Source of the DNA: Planctomycetota bacterium
GTDB lineage: Bacteria > Planctomycetota > Phycisphaerae > UBA1845
Assembly: GCA_022562105.1 (NCBI GenBank)
Contig: JADFPW010000010.1
Location: 710-24,709, forward strand
Direction of reading: 5' to 3'
DNA: 24,000 bases
Shown: piece by piece, positions 22,880-24,000 of the stretch
Layout: each line of letters opens with the position of its first letter
Numbering within the stretch: the stretch's first letter is position 1
The notes under the pieces: model-generated
Databases searched by the model: none
What the model was told of the DNA's origin: nothing
Seen by the model: the letters and a program-made list of their open reading frames with translations, nothing else
Program-made: the position numbers and the translations under genes

Positions 22880-23098
22880 ATGAGTATCAAAGCCGGCGTT
22901 GAAGACCGGAGTCGGAACCTTACCACGGCGTTTGTCTCGGCGACAGGAACGGACACCACACGGGAGTGGGTGAACTACTCGCTGGCGGGGCGGCCGCAGG
23001 AAAGGAAGGAACGAACGATGAGCAACATCAGCCTAGGACTCGAGGAAACCATGCACGACTTGCAGATTGGACGACCTGCGAAGGAGGATCAGTCATGA
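22880..23098 (+). CDS. hypothetical 72-aa protein, translationally coupled (ATGA overlap) to the downstream propeller gene
   Basis: A strong SD gaggagg (22867-22873) lies 6 nt before the ATG at 22880. Its TGA (23096-23098) overlaps the ATG (23095-23097) of the next gene. There is no recognisable motif. An internal SD-preceded Met ('MSNISLGLEETMHDLQIGRPAKEDQS') is an alternative start. Confidence 0.4.
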   Translation: MSIKAGVEDRSRNLTTAFVSATGTDTTREWVNYSLAGRPQERKERTMSNISLGLEETMHDLQIGRPAKEDQS

Positions 23099-24000
23099 AC
23101 ACATTGATAACCTTGGCCGCCGTGATGAACCTGAGCGTCTGCGGCGGAGTGAAGACCGGGAGGCTTCTTGGCTTGGACGGCGGCTCCTTCGACGCCCTTT
23201 TTGAAATCGATGTCGATACCGGAGAGGCGACATGGCTGTTTAACTTTGACGTGAATCCGGGCGGGGGGGCCCTAGCGGTCGGACCTGACGGAACCCTATT
23301 TGCCTCCTTCAGAGACATAAACGCTCTGGTCATCGTGAATCCGGATACTGGTGACTGGGACGTTGTCGGCACCTTCTCATTCAAAGGTGTCGCAGGATTG
23401 GCATTCGCGCCGGACGGAACGCTTTACGGCATCGACAATGTGAGCGACCAACTCGTCACCATCGATCCTCAGACCGGCAACGGCGCCGCTGTCGGGCCCA
23501 CCGGGATCCTCAGCAATGATGGTTTGTCTTTCACTGCCGACGGGACACTTTATCTGGTCGGTACGCCGACAATGGAGTCTTCGATTCTTTATACGGTCGA
23601 TCCCGCGACGGGCCAAGCCACCGAGGTTGGGCCATTCGGATCCAACCTAAGGTACTCCTCGGGCATAGGGCCCATTGGCGACGTGCTGTACGCATCGGCC
23701 TATGACCCGTTTGAACCCCCTTACCGCGTACTGGTCACGCTGAACCCTGAAACGGGCGAAGCCACCAAAGTCGGCGGATTCTGCCCATTCAAGAAGGGCT
23801 GCCCCAACATGAATGGGCTCGCTTTTCTTCCCGGCCCGGGGGACGTGGATCGGGATGGGGACGTGGATCAGGACGATTACGACATCTTCGTCTCCTGCTT
23901 CACCGGCCCCGATCCAGGTAGGAGTTGCCGGTCGGGTGCCTGTTCCTGGACACCGACGACGACGGCGACATCGACTGCGACGACTGGATCGAGTGCATAG
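23095..24000 (+). CDS. secreted repeat (beta-propeller-like) protein with a C-terminal dockerin-like module; the 3' end looks frameshifted and the gene probably continues past the window
   Basis: SD aaggagg (23081-23087) precedes the ATG at 23095, and the signal-like N-terminus is 'MNTLITLAAVMNLSVCGG'. Repeated units include 'DGTLFAS...LVIVNPDTGDWDVVG', 'DGTLYGIDNVSDQLVTIDPQTGNGAAVG', 'DGTLYLVG...LYTVDPATGQATEVG' and 'LVTLNPETGEATKVG', followed by 'GDVDRDGDVDQDDYDIFVSCFTGP'. After about 23920 the annotated frame gives Thr-rich junk ending in TAG at 23998-24000. The adjacent frame reads 'LPVGCLFLDTDDDGDIDCDDWIECI' and stays open to the window end. Confidence 0.72.
   Translation: MNTLITLAAVMNLSVCGGVKTGRLLGLDGGSFDALFEIDVDTGEATWLFNFDVNPGGGALAVGPDGTLFASFRDINALVIVNPDTGDWDVVGTFSFKGVAGLAFAPDGTLYGIDNVSDQLVTIDPQTGNGAAVGPTGILSNDGLSFTADGTLYLVGTPTMESSILYTVDPATGQATEVGPFGSNLRYSSGIGPIGDVLYASAYDPFEPPYRVLVTLNPETGEATKVGGFCPFKKGCPNMNGLAFLPGPGDVDRDGDVDQDDYDIFVSCFTGPDPGRSCRSGACSWTPTTTATSTATTGSSA

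Overview
This is a high-GC bacterial chromosomal segment. Hand counts on sampled 60-nt lines give about 62% GC, dipping to about 50% in one islet. The gene content suggests Planctomycetota/PVC, which is inference only: a sulfatase-like lipoprotein, a TPR protein, FG-GAP and beta-propeller proteins with Cys-bracketed dockerin-like modules, a K/A/P-rich histone-H1-like protein, and GC-rich hairpin repeats. I support about 20 CDS. In order: a 5'-truncated SSS transporter, a membrane-anchored hypothetical, a P1B-type heavy-metal ATPase with a non-canonical CPI motif, a low-GC islet with two orphan genes, an orphan DUF2442 gene, rmuC, and a HupE/UreJ-type protein. These are followed by a large polytopic membrane protein, the histone-like protein, kdsC, tilS, a GT-C (GT39/ArnT-like) glycosyltransferase, the sulfatase-like lipoprotein, the TPR protein, and the secreted FG-GAP protein. 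The window ends with a UnbV/ASPIC relic, a UspA-family protein, two small hypotheticals, and a secreted beta-propeller protein whose 3' end looks frameshifted. I saw no rRNA, tRNA, CRISPR array, integrase or transposase. Most of the window is ordinary housekeeping and envelope content. The candidates most worth a second look are: (1) the ~1.3-kb low-GC islet at 4437-5718 (4-TM protein, SD-driven 86-aa protein, orphan DUF2442) next to a pair of inverted ~110-nt tripartite hairpin repeats and rmuC; (2) the Cys-bracketed dockerin-like modules on two secreted propeller proteins, together with the SD-rich mini-ORF leader at 22545-23098; (3) the histone-H1-like protein with an unrecognised globular core; (4) the divergent metal-site residues and terminator-like leader of the P1B ATPase. 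All product calls rest on motif recognition by eye. No homology search was possible, and start codons are often uncertain.
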